Shown here: positions 1 through 12,685 of the stretch, in pieces | How positions within the stretch are numbered: position 1 is the first letter of the stretch | Layout: each line of letters opens with the position of its first letter | DNA from: Podarcis muralis | Taxonomy: Eukaryota | DNA: 64,000 nucleotides | Assembly: GCF_964188315.1 (NCBI RefSeq) | Contig: NC_135667.1 | Span: 24,614,001-24,678,000, forward strand | Direction of reading: 5' to 3' | Position numbers and translations under genes: made by a program | Notes under the pieces: model-generated | Told to the model about the DNA's origin: nothing | The model's database searches: none | The model's input: only the letters and a program-made list of their open reading frames with translations

Positions 1-189
1 ACAACAATGGGATGGGGTGGGGCATAGAGTGGTGAGAATTTGCTCCATATAGTAGATTCCTGAAAGAGAATGAATGCTATAGTACTCTATTTCACATTCA
101 AAATACATTTCCCCTGAAGGACACCTTATAGATTTTGGGCTGTGTAGCATTCCCTTGTTTTGAAACCTAGCTTAAGATAGTGTTTGCTG

Positions 190-322
190 AATCACAGAAT
201 CATAGAACTGCAGGCTTGGAAGGGACAGCAAAGGCCATCTAGTTCAACTTTCTGCAATGCAGTAATATTTTGTACAACTCATGACCCTGAGATTAAGAGT
301 CTCAAGCTCTACCGGCTGAGCG
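190..322 (-). mobile_element. tRNA-Lys(CTT)-headed SINE with CR1-like tail
   Basis: Minus strand reads gctcagccggtagagcttgagactcttaatctcagggtc (tRNA-Lys-CTT-like), then cattgcag...ctagatg...cccttccaa...ttctatgattctgtgatt (CR1 3' tail). Confidence 0.75.
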
Positions 323-964
323 ATTCTCACTGATCTCTACTTCTCAAAAGCTTTTCTCCTTCCACAAAAGAAGATCTTGTTTCTGTCATTTGGAGGGCAG
401 TTGGGATTTTTTAAAAGAATTTCTCTGCAATTTCAGAGGTTGGAGGGTTGAGCTTTCCTTACTGTTGCAAGGTGGTAGAAGACGGAAGGTGTGTTATTCT
501 AGCCATTACATATTTGTTCTGCACTCTGCAGTCTCTCTGGTCACCCATATTCATGAACTGAAAAAGGGTTCCCCTGAGCTGTAACTGAAGCACAAGGAGC
601 TGCCAAGGCTGGCTACCAAGTGCCTGAGAATGGTGCTCTTGATGCTTTTATTTTTTAGGAATTCCTTACTTTATGTTTCCCCCCTCATTGATTTCTCTGA
701 GGCAGCTAATTGCATAATAGATAATATGCATGTTCATTAAATTCACATAGTTTTCTTCAGAACCTTTTGTAAAATGTCAATTTATACACATTTAAATGTT
801 AAAATGATAAATTGAATAAATGAACACAATACTTGTATTTAATTGGTTTAATAATGATACCAATTAATACATGCAATGTGGCTCAGTTATTCAGTTTATC
901 AATTTAATGTGTAAATGGGTCTAAACTGGCATTTTACAAAAGGTTCTGAAGAAAACAGTCATTC

Positions 965-965
<1 letters not shown>

Positions 966-1010
<45 letters not shown>
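966..1010. repeat. (GATA)n microsatellite
   Basis: Direct tandem TAGA/GATA run. Confidence 0.95.
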
Positions 1011-1248
1011 GGTGTATGGTAGGAGCTGGGAATCTGTGGGCTTCCATACGTTGCTGGAGTCCAACTCCCATAATAGTCAGAAAGGAGAGTTCCCCAACCT
1101 TTCTGAATATGTATGTTACAGCAGCCACATCCTAGAAGATCCCTTTCCTTCTGTTAAAGATGAAGAGTGGGAATGCTTTAGTGAAGATGATGATGATGTT
1201 ATCTAGTTTGAAGATGGCCTTGTATAGAATGTGTGTAATTTGCCCGAA

Positions 1249-1249
<1 letters not shown>

Positions 1250-1295
<46 letters not shown>

Positions 1296-1470
1296 ATTCC
1301 ACCTTTCCTTTCTTCCTATCCTCCTCTCTTTGTTATTGTCACAGCAGTTAGGCTGAAAGCTTGTGAGCAGCCGAAGGTCACCCAAGGTGAGCTTCATGGC
1401 TGAGTGGCGATTTGAACCCTGGTCTTCCAGATCTTAGTCCAACACTGCACTAACCACTGCACTACACCAA
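1250..1470 (-). mobile_element. Squam3/MIR-like tRNA-derived SINE with (GAAA)n tail
   Basis: Minus strand ggtgtagtg..gttagtg.agtgttggactaagatctggaagaccagggttcaaatcgccactcagccatgaagctcac...gggtgacctt...tcagccta, ending in a TTTC array at ~1250-1295. Confidence 0.7.
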
Positions 1471-1650
1471 ATTTATATACCACTTGAGTGTAAGAAAACT
1501 CTAAGAGGTTTACACAAAAATATAAAATAAACCTTTAAGGTTGTTTTCCCTATGCATATAGGTTTTGGGTTTAAATATTTAAATAAGTAAATGTGTTCCA
1601 GTTCACCCAACCTTCTGTGTCTTGCATCCTTTGTGGTCACAATAAATGAA

Positions 1651-1824
1651 AGATAATTTCCCAGCTGAGTTGCTTCATGTAGCTGTTGTAGTCCCCAGGT
1701 AACAAGTTTCACAAATGCTTGGCCCCAAAAGAGAATGAGGGAGAAAAACTACCAAAATAAACCTTCAAGTCACATGCACATATACACCTCTTTAGCCGCC
1801 TTAAATACCAGAATCAGTGGAAGA
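1651..1824 (+). promoter_or_regulatory. Putative promoter/5' non-coding block of OR-1
   Basis: Conserved with 5559-5732 in otherwise unalignable introns: AGATAATTTCCCAGCTGA (TAATT + E-box), O/E-like GTCCCCAGG, and GAATCAGTGGAAGA. Confidence 0.45.
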
Positions 1825-2667
1825 AAACACTTTACTCTCCATTTAGAATCTGAATGTCCTAGTGATATGTTCATAGATTAATACAGAAACGCATAACATG
1901 ATGGGTGATCACCACAATAATTCAGAAGAAATAATCAACAGCAAGGTAATAATCTACCTTTCCCCCTCACCATCTCAATAAAAAACTCCTCTGAATGAAT
2001 TTTTTGTTGTGAACATATTATATTTTCCCTCTTTTCCCTTTCATTTTCCTTCTCTACTCCATGAATTGACTTTTTAAGATGTACGTGCAGTTTAAGTTAA
2101 AGTGTTATTTGAGAGGAAAAGTGGAGATTGTTTATCTACATGCAGGGACTAAATATATGGAGGCTAAGAAATCTTCCAGCAAAGATTGAAAAGCCATCCA
2201 TTGGAGATACACTAGCTCCAAATTTCCTTCACAAAAATGGTGATTGAACTAGATAATCTGTGCTTCTAATTAAGAATCTTTCAAATCAGACATAAACTTA
2301 AAGCTCTTAGTTCTGTTTATATTTTATTTACATTAACTGTCTTGTATCTTGGGGCATGAAATCTAGCTCTTTCAGTCAAAACAGCTGATGAATTTGAAGG
2401 AGAGATGAAACTACTGAAATGTTTATGGAACAGTTCCCATATTCCCAGTTCAGGGTTACATTTAAAACATTTTTTGGTACAGTGTTACGTTCCTCTTTTT
2501 ACTTCATGTCTTAGGCTCAGTGATATTCCTGAGTCATCTTGTTGGTCAGTATGGGCAACAGAGGCCAGATTACGTAAGTCTTTGGTCTTATCCAGCAGAT
2601 TTCTTATGTTCAGGCTCATGCCCTCCAAATTATATCAGTTCTTTCTCTCATTCTTCCCCTAGGGTAG

Positions 2668-3615
2668 ATGATGTCAAATGAGACCAATTTTCTTCTTCTG
2701 GGATTCTCTGATATTCAGGAGCTGCAAATTTTACACTTTGTGATATTTCTTCTGATTTATTTGGCTACTGTCATGGGAAATCTACTCATAATCATACTCA
2801 TAACCCTCAACCGTCAACTTCACACGCCAATGTACTTTTTCTTGATGAATTTATCCATTGCAGACATTGGCAACATCTCCATCAATGTCCCCAAAGCCAT
2901 GAGCAACTCCCTCATGAACACCAGGTTGATTTCTTATCCAGAATGTGTTTCCCAAGTCTTTTTCCTCATCTTCTTTGCAGTGACTGACCTGGTCCTCCTC
3001 ACAGTCATGGCCTATGATCGATATGTCGCCATCTGCAATCCACTACGATATGAGACAGTGATGAACATGAGAGCCTGCATCCAAATGGCAGCCAGTTCAT
3101 GGATTACTGGTTTTTTCTTTGCAGTGTTAGACACTGGGGGCACATTTTCCATCACTTTCTGCTCCAACGTTCTCAACCAGTTTTTTTGTGAAATTCCACA
3201 ATTGCTAAAACTCTCCTGTAATGACAATTATATGGCAGAAGTTGGTGTCCTTGTATTTGTTGAATCTGTAGCTTTAGGTTGCTTTATTTTTATAATTTAC
3301 TCATATGTACAGATCTTCACCAACGTACTAAGAATCCCTTCTGTGCAGGGAAGAAAGAAAGCCTTATCTACCTGCTTGCCGCACCTCATTGTTGTCTCCT
3401 TATTTATCTGCACTGGCACCTTTGCCTATATGTGTCCAACTCAAAAAGCCCCAAAACATCTGGTCATGATGATTTCTGTGTTATATTCTATGTTGCCACC
3501 CATGATGAATCCAGTGATTTATAGCATGAGAAATCAAGAGATCAGATCCGCACTGTCAAAACTTTTTGGATGGAAACTATGTTCCAAGCATCAGATGACA
3601 ACCATCATTTTATGA
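2668..3615 (+). CDS. OR-1: olfactory receptor, class II OR14-like, intact (315 aa)
   Basis: GN, LHTPMYFFLMNL, MAYDRYVAICNPLRYE, FFCEIP, KALSTCLPHL and PPMMNPVIYSMRN motifs. A pyrimidine tract + AG (2661-2662) lies just before the ATG. Confidence 0.97.
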   Translation: MMSNETNFLLLGFSDIQELQILHFVIFLLIYLATVMGNLLIIILITLNRQLHTPMYFFLMNLSIADIGNISINVPKAMSNSLMNTRLISYPECVSQVFFLIFFAVTDLVLLTVMAYDRYVAICNPLRYETVMNMRACIQMAASSWITGFFFAVLDTGGTFSITFCSNVLNQFFCEIPQLLKLSCNDNYMAEVGVLVFVESVALGCFIFIIYSYVQIFTNVLRIPSVQGRKKALSTCLPHLIVVSLFICTGTFAYMCPTQKAPKHLVMMISVLYSMLPPMMNPVIYSMRNQEIRSALSKLFGWKLCSKHQMTTIIL

Positions 3616-5130
3616 TCCTGTGCTAATGTGTTTCATAACTTCCTAAGAGAAATATACCCATATCTATATAACCTATACCTAGAGTTGCCTTAAACAGGGA
3701 CAGACTACTTGTCTATCTAGACTCATGAAATCATATATTATTTCTGTTTCTTTGCTCATCATTGTTGTGTGTGTGTGGTGAGTCAGATAACATTAGGCAG
3801 TGTGACAGAAGCAGCCCAGGGAGCAAAGATTGGCACTTCTGAAGAACTATAGAAAAAAGCATGTTTATTTGATATTATGCATACCAACCAAATTATTTGT
3901 GTATTGTCAGGAAATGCACAGCATTCAGCTGCGCTATGCACATTCCCAAAGGCATGCTGTGGATTATGTGCCTTCACTGCACTCAGTTTGGCACCTGCTG
4001 CAAACATTTTTGTTTAGGCAAAGCTTCCCAGATATCTAGAAGTTTAATGTTTATTTCAATCTGTTTTTAGTTTATTGCTGATTCTATTTTTTTGAATGTT
4101 TAAATAGTTGTTTTTAACTGCTTTTGCCAATATTTTTTTTTATTCTTTTGTAAACTGATTTGATTTTTTAAAACAAATGAATAGTGTATAATTTTTTCTA
4201 AATAAAATTATCATTCTAAATAAAATATATCATTTGCCCTACAGAATCATGCACATGAGCAGGGTTGCCATCTCATCCTCCCTCCCCCGCCCTATACCCA
4301 ATTGCAAAAAAATGAGCAAATGCAGCTTTTGTGGCCCTGGAATATCAAGACATTTTTTTAAAAAAAGATGCTCTACCCTTTCCCACTGCATGCTACAAGT
4401 CTAGGCTGTAACTGCTACAAGTCTAGGCTGCGGTGGAAGCTTTTTGCCTGGCTGGAAGTGGGCTTGCCCCAAAATGGGAGGAGGAGGAGGAGAGAGTCAA
4501 AGACAGGTGGCAGGGAGAGAATGCTAGAGAACCTCCACCCAGAAAGGATGAGGGTGGGTGGGAAGTGGATAATGGCATAACCTCTCAACGTTGTGGGAGG
4601 GCAATTTGAGGCACTCCCTCCATGCTGCCAAACTTGATGCTCTTCTTGCTGCTGACACCTTCCTTGCCTGACTGGTCACTTGCCCCCTCCCTCCCCCTTG
4701 CCCATTTGTCCGCTGTCGTCCTCCTCCTCCTCAGCCTCAGGGAAGAATTGGGAGATGCCACAGGACTTGCCATGGGCCTGACGCTACCTGGCATGAGGTT
4801 GCACCAGCCTGCAGAGTGTCAAGAGATGCCTGTCCACAATATCCTTCTTAATAGGTAGTCTGCTTGAAAGACTAGTGGTACTTTCATTTCCTTACTTCTG
4901 CTCCTCTTTGGATGTTTGACTGTCATCAACAGTGGTTTCTCTTGAAAGTGAAATATCTCTGGAAGGGAACTTTTTGATATCCCCCCCCCCCCACAAAATA
5001 CTAGATTCCTTCAGAAACTTAATGTACTCAGAAACATAGTTTAAAATATGCACAAGAAATTGCTGAGAACCAATTGAGCACCTCTTCAGAGTATTTTAAA
5101 GGGTTAATTTGTCTTTCCTACAGATTTGAA

Positions 5131-5478
5131 AGGGGATGTGGGTGGCGCTGTGGGTAAAAGCCTCAGCGCCTAGGGCTTGCCGATCAAAAGGTCGGCAGTT
5201 CGAATCCCCGCGGCAGGCTGCCCTCCCGTCGTTCGGTCCCAGCGCCTGCCAACCTAGCAGTTCGAAAGCACTCCCGGGTGCAAGTAGATAAATAGGGACC
5301 GCTTACTAGCGGGAAGGTAAACGGCGTTTCGGTGTGCGGCTCTGGCTCGCCAGAGCAGCGATGTCACGCTGGCCATGTGACCCGGAAGTGTCTCCGGACA
5401 GCGCCCCGGCCTCTTGAGTGAGATGGGCGCACAACCCTAGAGTCTGTCAAGACTGGCCCGTACGGGCAGGGGTACCTT
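5131..5478 (+). mobile_element. Sauria SINE (Squam1 type)
   Basis: gggtggcgctgtgg...ggttcgaatcccc...gcaagtagataaatagg...ggtaccttta. 12-bp TSD TACAGATTTGAA at 5119-5130 and 5479-5490. Confidence 0.92.
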
Positions 5479-5558
5479 TACAGATTTGAACCACTTAAGA
5501 GGAATAGAATTAACAGAATTATAATAAACTAAAAGCACTTTCCCCCTCTATCTATAAA

Positions 5559-5732
5559 AGATAATTTCCCAGCTGATCTTGTACACTGAGACATAGTGGT
5601 CCCAAGGCAACAAGTTTCTCAAGTGCTCAGAAACAAAAAAGGAAGAAATGTTGCAACAATCAAAACAGCTTCAAATCACATGCACACATATATACCTCCT
5701 TGGCAGACTTGAATACTAGAATCAGTGGAAGA
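5559..5732 (+). promoter_or_regulatory. Putative promoter/5' non-coding block of OR-2
   Basis: Paralog of 1651-1824: AGATAATTTCCCAGCTGA and O/E-like GTCCCAAGG (5599-5607). Confidence 0.45.
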
Positions 5733-7001
5733 CAGTCAATTAGATGTATATTTCAAATCCGAAGCTCATAGCGGTATGTATTAGGAATGTGCTAGCTGTG
5801 AATTTCCTCCACTAAATGGATGGACTAGTTTGCCTACAGAACCCCTTTGAACTCTACGATGCTGCAGTTAAGACATTAAAAGTACTAAATTGTCAGGTAT
5901 TACTTCAAACCATTCACTGTTTTATGTTTTAATTCTGGGTGATGGAGAGCCACCTGTTCAGTACTAAGGGCTGGTGAATTTGAAGGGCAGTGGTAAAACT
6001 ACTGATGATTAATGATGCATTTCCCATATTCACAATTAGAGGCAGATACATACTCTTGATTTTAAAAATAATAATTTTCAATTCTTTTTATGACTTCATG
6101 GTTCTTATACAAATGAAACTACTGTCCTGATCTAAGAATTAAGGAATTTCTATATGTCTCTCCTCTTGCTTTAAGGCAGGAGAGTGAAAAACATTTCCAC
6201 CTTATTATTATCATGTTCTATTGGGGTAACTAAGAAGATGCTGGATGCTAGCAATGGTTGGGGACAATGCCAGTGGAGGACAGAGTGAGAGCCAAAATTG
6301 CATGGGGCCATCCACTCTTTCCTTCGGCAGCCCTTTTTCTCTCTTCCCCCCTCCTTTCTCGTGCAGAATGGTGCTGGGGATGAACAGATCAATTGTGCCA
6401 GAGGGTCTAAACTGACCTTTACCTAAGAGCATTTGAAATATATTGACGAATGTAGGTTGTTGTTTTTTTAAAAGACAAATGTTCAGGTAACAGATGATAT
6501 GGAGCAAGTCAGATATTATGGTTCATTTGTTCCAAATTTTACATTCTCCTCGTCTCATATTCTTTTTTATGTCTACTTTATTTATATTCCTGCATCTTGG
6601 CTTCCTTCAATTATCGGCTCCAAATTCAACAACTTGTTCTGCACTCAGCGAATGTGGGAGGATCTGTCCTGCTGATAGTGCTCAAAAGAGGGGAAAGGTA
6701 GCGTTTGCCGTTGTTTTCATTGATAACTTCTTTTGAAACAGTGAATATGAGCTAGGGCACACACACACATTTAAGTAGTTGATTTCTTTAAATTTTAACA
6801 AATGATGTCTGGATGTGTGAATCAATTCAAATGATATGATGGTTAATTTGATTCATTGTGATACCAAAATATGACTTTTCATGGGCCAACTGGACATGAA
6901 TGTCTTTATTTCATGGGCCAATGATTAATAGATAACAATAAAACTTTAGGTAGGGCTAGAAAAGATTCTGCTCTGAATCGTGTCAGCCAATGTAAACAAT
7001 A

Positions 7002-7243
7002 CAGTGGTACCTTGGGTTAAGAACTTAATTCATTCTGGAGGTCCGTTCTTAACCAGAAACTGTTCTTAACCTGAGGTACCACTTTAGCTAATGGGGCCTT
7101 CCGCTGTCACTGCACCGCCGCTGTGCGATTTCTGTTCTCATCCTGAAGCAAAGTTCTTAACCCAAGGTACTATTTCTGGGTTAGCGTAGTCTGTAACCGG
7201 AAGCATCTGTAACCTGAAGTGTCTGTAACCCGAGGTACCACTG
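7002..7243. mobile_element. Tc1/pogo (Tigger-like) MITE
   Basis: TIR CAGTGGTACCT...AGGTACCACTG with TA on both sides. Same family at 30072 and 45119. Confidence 0.9.
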
Positions 7244-7501
7244 TATTGATTAAGAGAGATCAGGGGTGTGACTCAGCTTCCTATATTCCTAGCCGCATAT
7301 GATCCCAGCAGCAAATGTGGAAGAAGGCTTTTGCCCTTGTTTACTGCTTATGGACTTCAAAGAGACATCTGATAAGCTACTAAAGAAAAAAAATGAGCTG
7401 GACTGCATAAGATTTTGGTTTCATCCAGCAGAGTTCTTATATCAAGGATCAAGCACCTCCAAATTATATCAGTTCTTTCTGTCCTTCTTCCCCTAGGGTA
7501 G

Positions 7502-8446
7502 ATGATGTCAAATGAGACCAATTTTCTTCTTCTGGGATTCTCTGATATTCGGGAGCTGCAAATTTTACACTTTGTGATATTTCTTCTGATTTATTTGGCT
7601 ACTGTCATGGGAAATCTACTCATAATCATACTCATAAGCCTCAACCGTCAACTTCACACGCCAATGTACTTTTTCTTGATGAATTTATCCATTGCAGACA
7701 TTGGCAACATCTCCATCAATGTCCCCAAAGCCATGAGCAACTCCCTCATGAACACCAGGTTGATTTCATATCCAGAATGTGTTTCCCAAGTCTTTTTCCT
7801 CATCTTCTTTGCAGTGACTGACCTGGTCCTCCTCACAGTCATGGCTTATGATCGATATGTGGCCATCTGCAATCCACTACGATATGAGACAGTGATGAAC
7901 ATGAAAGCTTGCATCCAAATGGCAGCTAGTGCATGGATGACTGGCCTTTTCAATGCTATGTTGCACACTGGGGGCACATTTTCCATCACTTTCTGCTCCA
8001 ACGTTCTCAACCAGTTTTTTTGTGAAATCCCACAATTGCTGAAGCTCTCCTGCAATGACAATTATATGACAGAAGTTGGGATCAATGTATTTGCAGCATG
8101 TGAAGCTTTCGGTTGCTTTATCTTCATAATTTTTTCTTATGTTCAGATTTTCACCAACGTACTAAGAATCCCCTCAGTGCAAGGGAAGAAGAAAGCCTTA
8201 TCTACCTGCTTGCCCCACCTCATTGTTGTCTCCTTATTTATCTGCACTGGCACCCTTGGCTATTTGTGCCCAACTCAAAATGCCCCCAAAGATCTGGTCA
8301 TGATGATTTCTGTGCTATATTCTATGTTGCCACCCATGATGAATCCAGTGATTTATAGCATGAGAAACCAAGAGATCAGATCTGCACTGTCAAAACATTT
8401 TGGATGGAAACTATGTTCCAAGCATCAAATGAAAATCATTTTGTAA
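7502..8446 (+). CDS. OR-2: olfactory receptor, OR14-like, intact (314 aa), close paralog of OR-1
   Basis: Full set of OR motifs; same splice-acceptor context (ttcttcccctag ggtag ATG). Confidence 0.97.
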   Translation: MMSNETNFLLLGFSDIRELQILHFVIFLLIYLATVMGNLLIIILISLNRQLHTPMYFFLMNLSIADIGNISINVPKAMSNSLMNTRLISYPECVSQVFFLIFFAVTDLVLLTVMAYDRYVAICNPLRYETVMNMKACIQMAASAWMTGLFNAMLHTGGTFSITFCSNVLNQFFCEIPQLLKLSCNDNYMTEVGINVFAACEAFGCFIFIIFSYVQIFTNVLRIPSVQGKKKALSTCLPHLIVVSLFICTGTLGYLCPTQNAPKDLVMMISVLYSMLPPMMNPVIYSMRNQEIRSALSKHFGWKLCSKHQMKIIL

Positions 8447-8950
8447 TCTACTGTATTTTGATATGGGCATTAAGGAGGGAGAATAAATTATTTTGGTTTG
8501 CATTTTAACATCACCCACCATACTTTGTCAGTCCCTGACTTTCTAATCGATTGGAACATGACTCTCAGTGAGATGCTGCATTTCTCCAATTTTTGCAATG
8601 CCGTGGCAGGTCAAATAAATGTCCAAGAATATGTTTGTTTTAATGAAAAGGTGCATAAAGAATAGGGTGAGAGACAGTTTAAACAAACAAAATGCACATT
8701 TTAGGGGCAAAATGCATACCTCAGGTGGACAAACCTACAATTTTAATTGGATTTTAGTAAAAAAATAAATAAATAAAAGTGAGTGGTTTGATGAATAAAT
8801 GATTGTGTATATGCAAAATTGACATGGAGTAGAAATATTCTGGTCCATTTACAGCAAGTAGATATCTTCTTAATAGTATATGTTCTGTAGTAGCAATGGT
8901 GGATTTGATGTGGTTTTTTAAAGGTATGGACTTATAATTATTTCATAATC

Positions 8951-9043
8951 GAAAGAAAGAAAGAAAGGAAGGAAGGAAGGAAGGAAGGAAGGAAGGAAGG
9001 AAGGAAGGAAGGAAGGAAAGGAAGAAAGAAAGAAAGAAAAAAA
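8951..9043. repeat. (GAAA)/(GGAA)n compound microsatellite
   Basis: Direct tandem runs. Confidence 0.95.
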
Positions 9044-9132
9044 GAGAGTCCTTTTTGTTTTAGGGCAGAAGTACTGGGATTTAAATTCCTACAATTCTTA
9101 CCAATAAGGCCCAAAAGAGCTAGGAATCTGAC

Positions 9133-9429
9133 CAGGGGCACCGACTTGCTCCCCATCGAGGGGGTGAGGCTACGTGACATGTCACGTGACTCTACCCAGC
9201 TTGCCCAGCAGGATGCACGGAGGGCGATCTTCATGTTTGTTTGTCCCAACTGCTGCCCGGCTCCTGTGCTTCTAGGCTGCTGGGCAGAGGCTGGGGTGCA
9301 CGGAAGGTGTGCAGCGGTGGCAGAGGTTGGTGGCAGCCCTCCCCCCCCCAATATTGTGGGGCACTGCCCCCTGCTGAAAAATAGTGGGGGAGCTGAAGCC
9401 TCCTCTGCCCCTTATACCCGGTGCGCCTG
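9133..9429. mobile_element. hAT-type MITE
   Basis: TIR CAGGGGCACCG / CGGTGCGCCTG; 8-bp TSD aatctgac / gatctgac. Confidence 0.8.
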
Positions 9430-11423
9430 GATCTGACTATCTGAAATACCACTTCCTATTACACATGCCTTCACATGAAGTGCTCTTCCATCAGACACCA
9501 GTTATGTGGTGTTTGGTGTGAGGAAGATTCCATGCTTGTTGCACTTCTTGGTTTAAATACTTTCCCCAGAAAAGCTAATCTTTCACCATACTTACATTGT
9601 TTCAGCACCACTGAAAAGGCTTGGTTATTTGTAAACAAGGTTGGTTTACATTTTCTATTGACATTCAGAAACACCATATGTGTTCGTATGTGTTTGTCCA
9701 TTTATTTAATTAATTACATTTATGAATCACTTTCCATAAAATATCTCAAAGTAATTTCACAATAAGAACATAAACAATAAAGAGATTTAAAAACAGGCTG
9801 CCATGAACCTGAATAATTGCACCCCCAGCCTCTGAAGATTGGGGGCTCAAATTGGACATAATGGGAGATAGTAGAGGCTAGCTTCCCCCTTAATTCCCCC
9901 AATGAATTTGGGGGGTGCCTTGAACCCACAGACACCTTCTGCTGTCAGAGTTGGAAGACTTCACCAAGAATGGAGGGACAGGGTGCTGTGTTATGCTGTG
10001 ACTCCATTTTGAAGAAAGCCTTGATCAACTACCTAGTTCACTGTGGATCCCCTTCTATTTTGGATAATTGGGTTAAGTAAAAGGTACCCCAGCTGGCCTG
10101 ATGTTGACAAAAGCAGCTGGCCTGATGTTGACAAAAGCTGATAACAATTTGACAGCTAATTTGCAGGTTAAATTGCTGCTGGGATGGGACTTTGAAAAAA
10201 GAGGGGTAGAACCTTTGACCACCATTTACTTACCTCCATGTACTTCTGAATCCTATCTGTCAGAAATGATGGGAGCCATGTCAATGAAGTACCCTCCTAA
10301 CTCCCATTCCCTCAGGATGATCCATGGTTGACAATACAGGAAAACCAATGGGGCAACATTTCCCCTTCCAGCTCCTGGCCCAAAGCAGCTTCCATGCTGA
10401 AGGCTGGCCAGAAGCCAGAATGGAAAGGATCTCAATTATCAATTTCATATAGAAACATTTGGAACTATGTCAAACAAACAAACAAGCAAACCAACCAACC
10501 AACAAACAAACAAATCACTTGTTCACACAACTTGTTCAAAAAGGGGGTGTTGGACACAAAATGACAGTTCTTCAAATTGGAGGAGTCTGATTATGTTTTC
10601 GTTTTCAAAAGAGGCCATATTATCACCTCATTTAGTACTTCCCCTGAGATAAGTGTTTATAACTTTGCTAGCCCAAGTGCAGAAGTCTAAACATCCTGAT
10701 TTCAATGACCAGGATGAGAATACAAGCAATTAGCTACACTTCTCCCAAGAGCCTGTCCACATTTGAAGGTCAACCAAGTACAGTAGAAGGTATTCAAGAA
10801 GAGAGTGAGGGGGCAGGGTAAGACAACATCAGGGCCTATCAGAATGACCCCCTCTTAATGCTAAAGGACACCATCTGCCCTGTGAGAAATGAGAACAGAG
10901 TGATATATGCAGGCAAGCAATTTCAGGTCCTCCAGTTGAACTGTCCTCTACCACTACCCCAATTCACCTTTATATTTTATATCATTTTATCATTTTAAAA
11001 TTGTAAATGGTCTTGGCCTCAGCAGAAAGGTAGTATAGCTATATGTAACAACCCCCCCCCCTCGAAAACATAGCCTCCTCCAGAATAGCTACTGAAAAAC
11101 CAAAATACAATCAAAATGGATCTCAGCAATGCTGTCTGCAAAGTGCTTTGCAAGCATGTGTCAGTGGGCCTCAGTGTCATCATCTATTTTCTCTTGAGAA
11201 GATAGCTACTGTCTCAAAGGCCTTTCGTAATATGGAGCAGCTCCTTGCAGCATAGAATCCCTGTACTCTAGAGTCTGAACCTGGACCTGAAGCTATGAGA
11301 ATGAATTACTGACATAGGTCTAGCTCCCATGAGTTGAACAGTCCCATTAGCTTATCAGTGCCAATTATCTAGGCTAGGGTAAGGGAAATAATAATAAAGG
11401 CAAAAGATGAAGTAGTAACAAAC

Positions 11424-11493
11424 TTTTCTGATTAGCTGCACTGAGCTCCTGGGAACACGTCTCCAAGAAACCAAAGACAGACATATAAATTCC
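11424..11493 (+). promoter_or_regulatory. Putative core promoter of OR-3
   Basis: ttttctgattagctgcactgagctcctgggaacacgtctccaagaaa...tataaattcc. Same motif recurs upstream of five other ORs. Donor-like AAAAGTAAAT at ~11777-11786. Confidence 0.55.
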
Positions 11494-11640
11494 TTTCCAC
11501 AACTGAAAAACTGAAAAGCTACACTGAAAGACACAGAGTCTTAATTCAAATGAAGAATGGAAGTGATGCAATGAAGAGACAAATGCAAACACTTCACTGA
11601 TCCAGCTGGAAGACAAATTGCATCTATTGTTGATAATACA

Positions 11641-11762
11641 CAGTGCTTTTTCTGGGGCATGCAGTCCTGAAACTCATTCCCCCCCCAATGTTTCAAGTGT
11701 GGTACTTACTGTAGCAACCTCATGGTGAGTACCAGTACCATTTTTTCTTTAAAAAAGCACTG
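11641..11762. mobile_element. hAT-type MITE
   Basis: TIR CAGTGCTTTTT / AAAAAGCACTG; imperfect 8-bp TSD ataataca / ataatatg. Confidence 0.75.
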
Positions 11763-12685
11763 ATAATATGTATGAGGAAAAGTAAATAAACAGTTTCTTA
11801 TTCCCACCCCCTTTCTTCTTACCATCCTCATCCCCATTCTCTTGTCTCCATGCCCATTCATCTTCCAAGCACAATTTCTCCATTTTTACTTTTCCCTCAG
11901 ATGCTCAGGGCAGACTGAAGACACACAATGAACAGAATGAGTTAGCTGAGATATATACGGGGAGAGAAAGAGAGAGAGAGAAGAATAGAATAGAATAGAA
12001 TAGAAAATAGATAGATAAATAAATAGCCCAACTTTCTTGAAACCAAATGTGCTTGCTTGCTGTGTTTGTGAGACACTTTGTAGACAGGTTTTTAGAGTGA
12101 CAAACTTTCCTGGAATGAGCAATTAAAGTAAATTAAAATGTTGTTTTCTAACTATGCAAAAGACCCCATTTGCACTTGTAACAGTGTGGGGGTCTTTGAA
12201 GACCAGGTTGTGTCTCAGCAGCACTTCCTGGAATGACCCTGTCACATCATCATTTCAGGAAAACCTGCCAGGCTAGAAGCCAGTTCTGAAATAGCCCAAT
12301 GTCACTGTGTGTACGGCCAGGGCATGTGAAACACGTTTTGACCTTTTTTAAAAAAAGGAATCTCAGCCACCTCATTACATTAAAAAGGAAGTAACTGCAA
12401 AATACTCATAAATAGCATTTATATGAAGGTCTTACATTCCTAGCAATAGAGACAGAAAAAAATATGGAATGTTGCAGGGAGGTTTTTTGGGAGGGTGGGG
12501 AGAGGGGGGAGAAAGCAGGCTTTGATACAGCACAGCATGGTGTTTAGATCATGTAACAGCATTGCCAGAATAGCCAAGGGGAGAGTTGTCATCTGAATTG
12601 ACCACAGGGCCTATATCCTGTGTCCATATCTCTGTACTGTGGCTTGTTGTTGCTGGTTATAGGTTGGGATGCTGGTCTTAGAAAG

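Noticed and set aside
4255-4860. GC-rich stretch starting CAGGGTTGCCA with several short ORFs
   Set aside because: Probably an old DNA-transposon remnant. No matching right TIR or protein motif was found.
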